64,000 bases of DNA from Octopus sinensis. Its lineage: Eukaryota. Position 1 is the stretch's first letter, and each line of letters opens with the position of its first letter. A model generated the notes under the pieces. The model did no database searches and was not told the DNA's origin. It saw only the letters and a list, made by a program, of their open reading frames with translations. The stretch spans positions 15,500,001 to 15,564,000 of the forward strand of contig NC_043003.1 in assembly GCF_006345805.1 (NCBI RefSeq), in the 5' to 3' direction. Positions 38,676-51,471 of this stretch are shown piece after piece. Made by a program: the position numbers and the translations under genes.

Positions 38676-38988
38676 ATACAAAATGGGACAAGAACGCAAA
38701 ACATCAGGACAGCTAGGTGATACAAAAAGGGACAACAAAACAAACATCAAGCTAGACGATACAAAGAAAACAAAGACGGGTCATTCGAAGTTTTCTTTCT
38801 TCACTCAAGCACCAGATTATCCTCGCAATTTCGGCTGATTATTCTTGAGATTTCTCCAATCTGGCCAGCCCCAAGAAAAATACTAAGCTAAGAGCATTAG
38901 ATTCCTTGGAAGAAAGCAGCGAATGTATACAAAAACATGGACGGAAAAACGGACAATGTTACACAAATATAAATACAATAAAAAATAC

Positions 38989-39058
<70 letters not shown>

Positions 39059-39190
39059 TGTGGTTCAAAATTGTACAAAATATACCCCAGAAAACAAAAG
39101 ACTGAGACAGGGGAAGGAATAACAAATAAGGTGTATTAGTTTGACGCTCAGGAAAAATGGAAGAGTTTTTGACGTTTCGAGCCTACGCTC
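38670..39190 (-). mobile_element. Two PLE-like terminal fragments separated by a TA/TG microsatellite
   Basis: 38670-38995 is a TA-embedded repeat-like segment whose PLE affinity rests on context only. 39060-39190 carries the family P5 motif GAGCGTAGGCTCGAAACGTC on the minus strand. Confidence 0.45.
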
Positions 39191-40754
39191 TATCTATAAA
39201 TACAAACACACGAATTTACTAAAGTTTCGATAAATTACTTTACAAAAACGCCGAAAATATTTGTTGATGTAGGAATGATGATTCAGCAAAAATCTTGCGT
39301 CGAAACCATCCAGAAAACGTTTCAATTATACAAAAATATAAAAATAAACGTAGAACGTAAAATAAAATTTTGCTCTAACACTTTTCCATTTTTCCGGGAA
39401 AACATTTTCTCCTCATTGCCTCAAAATTGGTTAATTTTCATAATTATTTAAAATGAATTAATTTTGTAATCAATAACTTTTCCAATGATTATTGCAGTGC
39501 TTCGGGGTATTGAATATTCCAAGTGTTTTTCAGAAGAATATAGAGCGTATAAGAGAAACAGCAACATAGCATTTGTGCCATTCTTCATAAAAATGTGAGC
39601 CTCTACGCAAACTTGCAGTTAGCTAAGTGCAAATGTATGACCCAGAACTTGGAACATCCACACATCCACACTCACACACACACACATAATTACTATTGAG
39701 AGTACTTAACATCCGAACTAGAAAATTTATTCAGTTTGGATGTAAATATCAATATTCGAAAATACTTTTTGAAGACAAATAACGAACCAAACCGAAACAA
39801 AATTACGAAGTGAACAAGAATATTAGATAAATTTTTTTCAAGCTGTAGAGGAAGTTTTAAAAAAAGCTTAACGTTTCGGATATTTGTCTTTCGTCGGATA
39901 CATTAATCGCTAGAAATAAAAAGGGAAGAAAGTCGATCCAGTATAGTAAATGTATTGTAGAAATGGTTAGTATAGAATCATGCGAATAGTATTTTTTCAG
40001 CTGGAGTGACACAGAGTAAATCAGTGGGGCCAATATAATGCATATATGTGGTGGGTGCGTTGAGTAGTGTGTGAATAGGTGTACTTTATGTATAAAATGC
40101 TACGGCAGGTGGTCAGCTAGTATCGTTATAATACACAGGCAGTAACGCACCACTTGTTTGCCAAACATACTGTATGCTAGCAGTGATTAACAATATAACG
40201 CATTTCTATATGTCCTTCTCACACTGCGATGCACATTCACACAAAATAGTCACATGCACTTACACTCCACACACACACAGAAATACGCATCCCGCTTATG
40301 TTAACTTCTTTTACTCGTTTTTTGTTGTTGTCTAAACATCATTCTGCAACCTTCTATGATATCCGCTTAAAATGCTAGATTGAGACGAGGCAACATTTTG
40401 TTTCTCTCACTTCTTTTCAGTATTAATGTTTCCTACGAAGGATAATTGTTCGAAATGTCAAACTCTTCCCCTCTCCATTCATTGTAGCGTAAAAATATTT
40501 ACGTTATAGATTTTGTTGTCTTTTGTTATGAATGCATTTTTTCGTCTTGATACATCATTACCACAAGGTAAGAAAAACTTCTAGCTACCGCAAAAATATA
40601 TCTCTATAATTATACTACCCCAAATTTCGGGAATCTCCGTTCTTTACTACACTGAGCCTCCTATACTTTGTATGTTATATCGTCTCTTCGACTAGATTCT
40701 TTCCCATTTACTCCATGGTTGCCACTAAAGCATCATTGCATCTCTCCACAATTA

Positions 40755-41655
40755 CAGTTATACTTTACTTTACGAGGAGCTGCTTTATGAGATCCCAGAT
40801 TTAAGAGTTATATTTTATAATAAATGTTTCAAGCACAAGATCCAAATTTTGAACGAAGTGCAAAAGTTTCTACTGCTATAGCAAATGCTTCTGCTTGTTA
40901 CCGAGAAATTTATAGAGAGCGAAAAAAAGCTCCTTCTAACCAAACAAATTCTGGACTTGTTTTCTTAAAAAGAAATCTACAAGTCCATCCACGAGTGCTT
41001 GTGAATCGGCGATCGCGTCTACAAGTGACGGTATGCTCAAATCTAGTGCGAGTGAAATTGATTCAGCAAACGATGATAATAATAATAATATTTTGTATTA
41101 TAAATGATCTTGACATTCTGTTTACATTTCATAAAATACTCTTTGTGGAGGTGCAATGGCCCAGTAGGTAGGGCAGCGGACACGCGGTCGGAGGATCGCG
41201 GTTTCGATTCCCAGACAGGGCGTTGTGTGTGTTTATTGAGCGAAAACATCTAAAGTTCCAAGAGGCTCCGGCAGCGGGTGGTGGCGACCCCTGTTGTACT
41301 CCTTCGCTCCAACTATCTCTCACTTTCTCTTCCTGTTTCTTGAGTAACGCTGTGATGGACTGGAGTCTCATCCAGCTGGGGGGAAAACATACGCCACAGA
41401 AATCGGAAACCGGGCCCACGAGCCTGGCTAGGCTTGAAAACGGCGCATAAATAAAAAAAATACTCTTTACAATTTTACTGCCGTTTTATTGGCGGTTATT
41501 TATGAGTATTATAAATTTTACAGGTAAAATATTTTCTGCGGACGAATTACAATTTATAACATTGATACTATTAGAAAGTATTGATCTGCTTTACGAGTTT
41601 TCGCTTTACGAGCGGTCTCCAGGAACAAATTAACTCGTATATCGTTGCTTCAACC
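40755..41655 (+). mobile_element. Tigger (pogo-like) DNA transposon deletion derivative, interrupted by a SINE
   Basis: TA|CAGTTATAC...TTTACGAG TIR-like start. Residual transposase C-terminus FQAQDPNFERSAKVSTAIANASACYREIYRERKK. Tigger-like 3' subterminus TTTCGCTTTACGAGCGGTCTCCAGGAAC...CTCGTA. Confidence 0.65.
41145..41456 (+). mobile_element. SINE family C, full length, with 12-bp TSD
   Basis: TSD AAAATACTCTTT at 41133-41144 and 41457-41468. Confidence 0.92.
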
Positions 41656-41944
41656 ACAGTCACATCCTATGTGTTTTGCGCTCCGCTTAAACTCCATCAA
41701 TTACTCCACTGAAGTCATTTGAACTTGCGTTGTTCATTGCTTTACCGGCCTCGTTCCTTGTATCTGTCCTGTCACCAGCTGTGTTGCTTGTACTTTCTTA
41801 GAATTGTTTAGAAAAAACCCAGAGACGACATTTATATGAAAGACGGTAGCAAAGTCTACGTACACTTCTTCAGACAGCTATCAGACCTGAAATAATTTGT
41901 CCTCTTCTCTTAGTTTTCTGCATTTTTTGTACCCTATGTAAATT

Positions 41945-42110
41945 CGTTCCGTGGCTGTGTGTTAAGTAGCTTGCTAACCAACCACATAGTTCCGGGTTCA
42001 GTCCCACTGCATGGTACCTTGGGCAAGTGTCTTCCACTATAGCCTCGGGCCTGCCAAAGCCTTGTGAGTGGATTTCGTAGACGGAAACTGAAAGAAGCCT
42101 GTCGTATATA
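41945..42110 (+). mobile_element. SINE family A 5' half
   Basis: A box, B box and CORE-like motif; truncated at the internal TA tract. Confidence 0.85.
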
Positions 42111-42847
42111 TGTATATGTATATGTATATGTATATATATATATATATTTATATATTTATATATAAACTCTTAACTCTCTCTTGACGACCGGCTACTGGTC
42201 TATTTATAATGGCTAATTCCTACCACTTTTTATTGGGAGAGCTATACAATTTTACTATACAACAATATATGCGTGCATACATGCATATATACACACATAC
42301 ACGAATAATTATATATATATATATATATATTACAAGCATTTAGAAACTTATAAAGTAAATTTCAGTTTAGGCTCTAAGTTTATTTTCATATTTTTGTTTT
42401 TTTCTTAGAATAAATTGACATGTTTTCTCGTTGTTTATGTTACAAAATTTCTGCTGAGTCTAAAGTAAATTACTTTTAACGGTAGAATTTGAAATAAATA
42501 TATCTATAAAATTATGGAGAGTAATGTATAAAAGAAATTCCTTGGTAGGAACAGCATTTTTTTAACCCAAGGGATTTCTGAACTCATTAATCTACATGCT
42601 ATTATTTATAGAATTATTTCCTTCGAGTTAAAGCCTTATACATAATTTAAACTGCCTCAGTACGAATATTGAGAAATTATGATTCCCAAAACCAGAAAGG
42701 GTACGCCAACCACAGGTACAAACCATCAATATTACTAACAAAATACGTATAACTTTCTAAAAATTTTGCATATAAATGCATTTACACATGTCTAGACGTG
42801 CAGCTATATTGATGCGCATATATGTATATATATATATATATATAAAT

Positions 42848-42878
<31 letters not shown>

Positions 42879-43520
42879 CGATATTAGGATGTATAACTCC
42901 AAACTTACAGGGGAAAAATTCAATTTAGTATTAAATCAAATTTCACAATAAATATTAATATATATAAATTAGAGAAAAACCACTATTATGTAATTCAAAC
43001 AATGATAGACATAAACCAAGTCTTTTTACTTATTATATAATGTTTATTCATCTTTTTGAATTTTTTTGTGATCTAAATATGTTTTATAATATATTATATT
43101 TTTTCTATATGATATGGTTTATATCTACCATTGTTTGAATTACATAATAGTGGTTTTTCTCTAATTTATATATATATTATATATCTACAACAAAACAGAC
43201 GGATCTGTATATGCACTGAAACCAAATTCTTTCATATATACACATATACATTAACAACAAACCTATTGGTGTTGCTGAAATTCTAATGAAGGAGCATTGA
43301 ATGTAGGTTAGAAACTGAATCATTTTTCCGTTGGCAATAAATCTACAAACAGAACTAAATAACATACCTGTGTATATATGTACTAACAAGTGTGTGTGTG
43401 TGTATATGTGTGTACATACATACATATATACCTACGTACGTATGTATGTATATATGTTGCGTTTATGAATTTGGTTTGTAAGATTCCTCATAGATTCCTA
43501 ATGTGAAACCGTGTGTTGAA

Positions 43521-43966
43521 ACATATATTGTTATATTTTGGGACGGTCATTTCTTTCTTGTCAAACAAACACACGTACTACATATTTCTTCTTCATTCGT
43601 TTATCATTGTTATTATTTTATTCTATGTCCATTGTGTGGAAATCTTCGTCTTACGCCTGTGATCTCTTTAGCGACTCTTTCATCGCACGTGTCTCCTCTT
43701 TCTATGGTATGTATCCTTATCTGCGCGAACGCACGCGCAGATAAGGATACATATCATGAAAGAACAGAATGGACTAAACGGAACAGGAGGAAACACGTAG
43801 GATGAAAGACCCGCTGAAGAGGTCACAGGTGTGTGAAAAAGATTTCCGGACAATGGACGTAAGATGAAATAAGAAAAATAATAAACGAGTAAAGAACGAA
43901 TATATAGAGTTCATGTTTATTTCTCATGAAAAAAAAATGACCGTCCCGAAATATAACAATATATGT
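43521..43966. repeat. Old imperfect palindrome (about 445 bp) with a 24-bp near-perfect central hairpin
   Basis: The outer ends ACATATATTGTTATATTTTGGGACGGTCATTT and AAATGACCGTCCCGAAATATAACAATATATGT pair. Central stem 43704-43727 / 43734-43757. Confidence 0.85.
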
Positions 43967-44017
43967 ATGTGTGTATCTCTCTCTCTCTTTCTCTCACTTT
44001 ATCTTTCTGTATATATA

Positions 44018-44420
44018 TACTCTTTTACTCTTTTATTTGTTCAGTCATTTGACTGTGGCTATGCTGGAGTACCGACTTTAGTCGAGCAAATCGACCCCAG
44101 GATTTATTATTTGAAAGTCTAGTACTTATTCTATCGGTTCTTTGGCCGAACCGCTAAGATACGGGGACGTAAGCCCAACAGCATCGGTTGTCAAGCGATG
44201 TTGGGGGGACAAACAGACACACACACACACACTTATATATATATATATATATACATATATACAACGGGCTTCTTTTCAGTTTCCGTCTACCAAATCCACT
44301 CACAAGGCTTTGGTCGGCCCGAGGCTATAGTAGAAGACACTTGCCCAAGGTGCCACGCAATGGGACTGAACCCAGAATCATGTGGTTGGTAAGCAAGCTA
44401 CTTACCACACAGCCACTCCT
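44018..44420 (-). mobile_element. SINE family A, full length
   Basis: Family A homology. Confidence 0.88.
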
Positions 44421-45164
44421 ATATATATCAGGAGAAGACTGACAGTGACTTCGAAGGTTAACTAGTGATTTAAATCAATTTTATATGTTTATATGTATGT
44501 GTGTATGAGTATATATGAACATATGTACGCACGTTTGTATACACTTACACACACACACGCATAAAAATACAACCATACAAAAGCGTGCGTTGCATATATT
44601 ATGGTTTCCTTAAATGCGTATGTAAGTATATAAGACATACTTATATCCATCTCTGTTCACGTGAATATATATAATTATGGCTGTAGGTAAATCTATAAAA
44701 TGCCACGTTGAGCTTTAAATCCATTACTTACATTCTGCTTTAATATATTATACAGTAAACAAGAAATGAAACTCTACTGTAAAAACGTATCTCAAAGCAA
44801 TGTTCGTTTTATAATTAATTTCCCAAAATTCCTTCCTAATTAGATTAGCGAAAATGTGAATAACTTTTTGCATTAAAAAAATATATATTTCAGCAAATTT
44901 CTATGATTGTCAGTTGGAAACGAAGTATACATAAATACATACATATATACATACACACACATATATACACAATACAAACTCATACATGTGCATGTGTATG
45001 TATGTATATGCATATATATATATACATGCATACATACATATATACCTACATACTTATATATATGTACATATACATACATACATACATACATATATACATA
45101 TATATATCTATATTATATATATATAATATATATATATATTATATATTATAGTATAATATATATA

Positions 45165-45209
<45 letters not shown>

Positions 45210-45213
<4 letters not shown>

Positions 45214-45410
45214 ATAATTCACGAAGAAAACAAAAGACGAAGGCAGGTGGTGTAGAAAACAAACAGATGTATTAGTATAACGCTCAGAAATGGAAAAAGT
45301 TTTTACGTTTCGAGCCTACGCTCTTCCACATAAAGAAACACAGAAAGAAAAAAGGAGAGAAACAAGGAGAGACAAAAATTTAGTGTAGTGGCTACCGATC
45401 TATCATGGCA
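45210..45410 (-). mobile_element. PLE-like terminal repeat fragment (family P5)
   Basis: Minus strand TGTGGAAGAGCGTAGGCTCGAAACGTAAAA; abuts (TA)n. Confidence 0.6.
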
Positions 45411-45728
45411 ACTGATATATATATATATACAAAATTTAGAGGACTGACCACTAAAAGTGGACAGCCTATATGCTAGATATAAACGTCAAATAGCCATTTT
45501 CCAGGAAGAATGTGTTCTCAAGGAAAACTCACCCAAAAATCAAAGTGTAAAATAAGCAAGACAAATGAAAATAAACGAAATAAAAAAACGATTACCTATG
45601 TATTAATTAGTTTCACTTGTTAATATTTACGTATACGAGCACGTAAATATCTGCAGGTCATCAGCATAGTCTGTCGTTTACAAAACACAATTTCCAGAAC
45701 TAGATACAGCAGTCGACTATGTATGTAT

Positions 45729-45760
<32 letters not shown>

Positions 45761-45867
45761 GATAGATAGATAGGATATATATGTAATTATAGGTATGCAC
45801 ACACACAGATACACCACCTATGTCAATGCGCAAAACCACATTTACACCTAGTAACATTTTCAACAGA

Positions 45868-45967
45868 NNNNNNNNNNNNNNNNNNNNNNNNNNNNNNNNN
45901 NNNNNNNNNNNNNNNNNNNNNNNNNNNNNNNNNNNNNNNNNNNNNNNNNNNNNNNNNNNNNNNNNNN
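45868..45967. other. Assembly gap (100 N)
   Basis: Run of exactly 100 N, typical of a scaffolding join of unknown size. Confidence 0.99.
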
Positions 45968-46194
45968 AGTGGTATGTGTATGCGCGTGTGTGTTTGTGTG
46001 TGTTTGTGTGTGTGTGTATCGACCCCGAAAGGTGTTGATGTAATCGAGTATTCTCTTGCCCCCAAATTTCAAACCTTGTACCTATATTAGAAAAAAAAAA
46101 TTATATTTTAGAGTGACTGACAAGATGACACAAGTAATCTGTTCTACTGAACCATTCATCAAACTGGTAACGAGAACTTTCGTTATGATATTGG

Positions 46195-46400
46195 TTTCAA
46201 ACTTTGGTACAAGGACAGCACTTTCGGGGCAAGAGGCCAATCGATTACTTCGATTCCGGTGCTCAACTTGTACTTATTTTATCGATCCTAAAAGGATAAA
46301 AGACAAAGTCGATTTAGGCGGAATTTGAACTCAGAAACAGACAAAATGCTACGAAGAATTTTTGCCTGGTGAGCCAATGATTTTGCCAGCTCGCTGCCTA
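46195..46400 (-). mobile_element. Older SINE family B-related copy
   Basis: ATCGATCC...GGATAAAAGACAAAGTCGATTTAGGCGGAATTTGAACTCAG homology. Confidence 0.65.
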
Positions 46401-46440
46401 ACGTGTGTTATCATATTCACAGTATTTTGAACTTGAAATT

Positions 46441-46761
46441 CTCTCTTTCTCTTTCATCCTTTTCAAGCCTAGCCAGGGTCATAGGCCCGCTTTCCCGGTT
46501 TCTATGGGGTATGTGTTTCCCCCCACCCCAGCTGGACGGGATGCCAGTCCTTCGCAGCGTTACTCAAGAAACAGGAAGAGAGAGTGAGAGAAAATGTGGC
46601 GAAAGAATACAACAGGCGTCGCCATCACCCCCTGCAGGAGCCTCGTGGAGCTTGTAGATGTTTTCGTTCAATAAACACACACAACGCTCGGTTTGGAAAT
46701 CGAAACCGCGATCCTCCGACCGCGAGTCCGCTGCCCTAACCACTGGGCCATTGCGCCTCCA
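46441..46761 (-). mobile_element. SINE family C, full length, with 11-bp TSD
   Basis: TSD AACTTGAAATT at 46430-46440 and 46762-46772. Confidence 0.92.
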
Positions 46762-47079
46762 AACTTGAAATTGCATGACGTATAAACAATGTCGGGGCCT
46801 CCATGTTTTGCAAGCGCTTTGTATCGTTCATCAGTTATACTGTCTCTAAAATAGCTCAACGAAAGGAATTCGAAATGCCTTCACCCAACCCAACGCAAAA
46901 AAAAACAAAAACTCCCATACAATATAAAAAAATGAAACAATTGGCAAGCCAATGTTTTATTGTAGTTTAAAATCTAGAATATGTCAGTGCTACAGGTAAC
47001 AGTATTTTCCGAAGAAAAATACGTGCATGAAATAAAAAAGCAGGTACTTTTTTCTAATATAAATAAATAAAAGTATTAC

Positions 47080-47390
47080 GGAACTGCACTTGATGTAGAA
47101 AAGCAGTTCTCGTTAGTAGATGCCAAGCAGGCGCCTTGTCTAGAATTGGTCATTCTGGTTCCATAATCAGGTGGAAATACAATTCCTCCACTTTTATTAT
47201 TGATGACCAGCATTCACGTTCATATTTCTATTCAGGTGTGTAACATTTCCATGGAACTGTTGTCCTATTCAGGCTTTAGTAAAATCGTAAAATCTATCGA
47301 TGTTACTGCGTTCAATAGAGGAATTGGCTTTCGTATAAACATAGAACAATTACTGAACAATATTGAGTGGTTCCCGTCAACTACATGACG
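47080..47390 (-). pseudogene. Possible decayed RTE-type reverse transcriptase fragment
   Basis: Minus-strand frames give FYDFTKA* and SRQGACLAS, resembling DFTKAFD and V.QG..LAP, with stops and apparent deletions. Confidence 0.35.
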
Positions 47391-47409
47391 TGCGTTACTT
47401 TATATATAT

Positions 47410-47466
<57 letters not shown>

Positions 47467-47900
47467 CACATATATATATATATAATATATACATACACAC
47501 ACGAGTGTGGTGTGTGTGTGTGCATGATTTGTAAAAGTATATGAGAATGGCGATTGGCAGGAACGTTAGAATGTCGTTGAAACTACCTTGCGGTCTTCTT
47601 ATTGGCATTCTGCTCTCAGAGTTCAAAATTCACTGAGACCAAATTTGTCCTTTTATTCTCTCGAAGGTCGATTAATAAAATTCCAGAATTTGAGGAGATT
47701 TCTTCTCTATCTCCTTTTAAGGAATATATCAACAGTTGGAAACGAGCCAGCCTTCTTGAATTGTATCAAGGTATTATAATTCGTTCTAAAGATTGCAATA
47801 AAATTACGTGCCTGTAAAATACATTAATGACATGAAAAGGAATTCAGTTGGTTTGATAACTGAAATTTCATCACCGCGTCCCACTAATGATAAGATCGCC

Positions 47901-47944
<44 letters not shown>

Positions 47945-48772
47945 CAATCATAAGGACACACGAGTGCGTCTACCTGCTAGACATAAGAGATAGAATCCTC
48001 GTTCAAGCAAGCCAAAATAACACTGAAATTAATAACAGAATCAACAGTAGCTATATATAGCCACCTATATTAATGTTGCTATTATTATCAACTATTTATA
48101 TTGCCGTCGATAATAATACCAATATTAAAATCTATATAAATATTTCCTCCTGAATAATATGCTTCTGATTAGTACATATATATATATATATATAAATTAT
48201 CAATTAGGGTATCTACGGGATACCACCATGCTGAAAATAGCAACCACCTTAAGTGTTCATATAGCAAAACATAGAGAAGACAAAGAGACAAGATGAAACT
48301 AGTAAAAAATTACAGGATAATTCCAGATCCCGGATTTCTGTCTTTGCATTAAGGAATGCTTTGCCTCATCAGTGGAATATACACAGAAAGAAACAAACAA
48401 AAATACATATATATATATATATATAAATACAACATACAAATGCTTAGATATACTAACGTAGACATACATATATATGCACGTATGCATCATGACTAGTTCA
48501 AAATGCCCCCCGCTTGATTCCATGTGCGATATGGTTAAAACATCACCGCAGTAAATACAGTGACGAAATAAATTTAAATTTATATAAATAAGGATAAGAT
48601 CGTTAATTCAAAATAGGACAACTTGATAAGATCGATATTTTATTTGGAATGAACGATCTTATCCTTATATATATATATAATATTAATTAGAGACAAAACC
48701 ACTATTATGCAAATCAAACAAAGAAAGACTTAATCCAATACATAAAAATTTATATAAATTAAATTAAATAAA

Positions 48773-48825
<53 letters not shown>

Positions 48826-49250
48826 GTATATGAGCTGCACTTCCAGTAATTCAGAGACAGAACATGTGAGTTATCTAAGTGCATTTTTTTGAGTATTCCA
48901 CTTCTTGTCTCTTTTCTTCTGGTTTTTTCCCCTCTCCTAGAGAATAAGAAGTGGAGAGTGTACGATAAGAAACAGCAACGATTTAACGACATCGAGACTT
49001 GTTCGCTTTCTCTCATATCGAAGTTGCAAGGAAATTCGAAAATCTGAAAGTTTCTATACAGCTCACCAACAGTTACAGCTACCAATGCGAATAAAAACCC
49101 AAATTGAGGGAGTGGAATAGGTAAAACGCACGTTACATATGCTTCTTAGCTAACTGAACCTCTTGATGTAATAAGTCAGCTAAGTAACATATATAGCGTG
49201 CATTTAACCTGTTCCATTCCCTCAATTTGGATATATAATATAATATTATA

Positions 49251-49461
49251 TACTCTTTTACTCTTTTACTTTTTTCAGTCATTTGACTGCGGCCATGCTA
49301 GAGCACCGCCTTTAGTCGAGCAAATCGACCCCGGGACTTATTCTTTGTAAGCCCAGTACTTATTCTATAGGTCTCTTTTGCCGAACCGCTAAGTGACGGG
49401 GACGTGAACACACCAGCATCGGTTGTCAAGCAATGCTAGGAGGACAAACACAGACACACAA

Positions 49462-49492
<31 letters not shown>

Positions 49493-49652
49493 CATATATA
49501 CGACAGGCTTCTTTCAGTTTGCTCTACCAAATCCACTCACAAGGCATTGGTCGGCCCGGGGCTATAGCCCAAGATGCCACGCAGTGGGACTGAACCCGGA
49601 ACCATGTGGTTGGTAAGCAAGCTACTTACCACACAGCCACTCCTCCTGCGCC

Positions 49653-49653
<1 letters not shown>
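49251..49653 (-). mobile_element. SINE family A, full length
   Basis: Family A homology. Confidence 0.9.
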
Positions 49654-49687
<34 letters not shown>

Positions 49688-49929
49688 TATATACATATAT
49701 AATAAAAATATTAAAATTACTAAGTCTGTCTGAAGAGATTACGGCAGCGTTACTGGAAATTAATTGTTATCGCCATATTAATATGGCAGTCTTATGATAT
49801 AAGACTAAAAGCTGTCGCTGATTAGCTCCATGAGGCCAATCGCTTAAGATAGCTATTTGACACACAAACTGTGTCCAGTATAACCTTCGAACAAGGGAGG
49901 TCAGCCGCTTCACACACTGCAGTCAGACA

Positions 49930-49972
49930 GCTACAGACGCGTTTCAGGGTATTTGCCCTTTGTCAATGTAGC
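49930..49972 (-). ncRNA. Type I hammerhead ribozyme with U3-A8 core variant
   Basis: Reverse complement of 50405-50447, identical. Confidence 0.75.
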
Positions 49973-50404
49973 GTAGTCGATCCAGCAGGTGTCGCCACTG
50001 ATCGTCTCTGTTCGAAGGTTTTATTTACCTAGTTTCGGTGGAATACATCCATTTTTTCAATAATAGAAATATTAAAATTACTAAGTCTCTCTGAAAGAGA
50101 TTACGGCAGCGTTAGTGGAAATTAATTGTTATCGCCATATTAATATGGCAGTCTTATAGATATAAGACTAAAAGCTGTCGCTAATTAGCTCCATGAGGCC
50201 ATCGCCTTAAGATAGCTATAAGACTGCCATATTAATATGGCGATAACAATTAATTTCCAGTAACGCTGCCGTAATCTCTTTCAGAGAGACTTAGTAATTT
50301 TAATATTTCTATTATTGAAAACAAGTGGATGTATTCCACCGAAACTAGGTAAATAAAACCTTCGAACAGAGACGATCAGTAGCGACACCTGCTGGGTCGA
50401 TTAC

Positions 50405-50447
50405 GCTACATTGACAAAGGGCAAATACCCTGAAACGCGTCTGTAGC
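50405..50447 (+). ncRNA. Type I hammerhead ribozyme with U3-A8 core variant
   Basis: GCTACA-TTGACAA-AGGG-CAAATA-CCCT-GAA-AC-GC-GT-C-TGTAGC. Perfect 6-bp stem I, 4-bp stem II, palindromic stem III ACGCGT, GUC site; C3 and G8 are both changed, to U and A. Confidence 0.75.
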
Positions 50448-51471
50448 TGTCTAACTAGCAGTGTGAAGCGGCTGACCTCATGGAACTAATCAGCGACAGC
50501 TTTTAGTCTTATATCTATAAGACTGCCATATTAATATGGCGATAACAATTAATTACATATATATATATATATATATATATATAGATATATATATATATGT
50601 ATATATATAGAGAGAGGGAGGGAGAGAAAGAAAGATTATCTGTTTTGTGAGGCAATGGATTAGGCTATACTATATTTTATTTCATTTGCTTCGCCGCTAA
50701 TGAGAAAAATAATTGGGATAGACTTATAGTACAATGTTTCTCTCCCTTGCAAAGAAATGAAACGACCAAGGAAGAACCCTCTTGCAACAATATTTAAATT
50801 CTAAGCGATGAATTAGGGCCTTCACAAAAGAAAAAGAAGAGGCCCAATGACAGTTGTTAACGGATGTGGGCTTGGTTATCTGATGCGAAGTCGTGGTCGA
50901 AGAAGTTACATGTGGAAGTACAACGCCCCACGCAAAATGGGCTGAGTTAAATGTATTCATAGGACAACAAAACCGAAAAACGGTCTGTTAGATAGTAACG
51001 GTTGCTTCAATGGGGTAGAAAATAAATTTGAACTACTTCTACCAAATTCTACATCTGTGTATTAGTTTAGATTTCAAATTACCTCTCTTTCTACACAGCT
51101 AATGAACTCCGAACTAAGATGACTTTTTCTTGGCCAAGTACTTACTCTCAATATATTCTACAGGCACCTGTTGACTCCCACTTTTCTCTTTTCCGAGATT
51201 TTTTCTTTTGTAATGCAAATAATGTAATAAATCGACACCTAATTATCAGAGATTCAGTCAAAGTGAGGAATTTATGAGCGAAACGAGAAAAAACAAAAAT
51301 GTAATTTAATGAATATGTAAAGACTTTGATGTATTTCAATTAACTTCATTTAACTTTCATAAAAGAGAGAAATAGAGTAGAAACTAAAGTACAGAAAAGC
51401 AAAGCATGAAAAACCAGCTATTTTATAGGAATATACATATACATATATGTGAGTGTGTGTATGTATGAGAA

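Larger units (their letters stand above)
49701..50554. mobile_element. Non-autonomous PLE/retrozyme-like element: direct repeats plus inverted copies, flanked by (TA)n
   Basis: 150-bp direct repeats at 49706-49855 and 50067-50218 (period 361 bp). 50217-50479 is the reverse complement of 49897-50158. 50476-50554 is a further inverted copy of part of the repeat. Confidence 0.82.

Noticed and set aside
38812-38864. HHR-like layout on the minus strand (CCAGAT...GAAAT...ATA-ATCTGG)
   Set aside because: Stem I and GAAA are present but the CUGANGA core is absent (TGGAGA) and stem II does not pair.
45820-46072. ORFs and apparent junctions spanning the N run
   Set aside because: Assembly gap; adjacency across it is not evidence.
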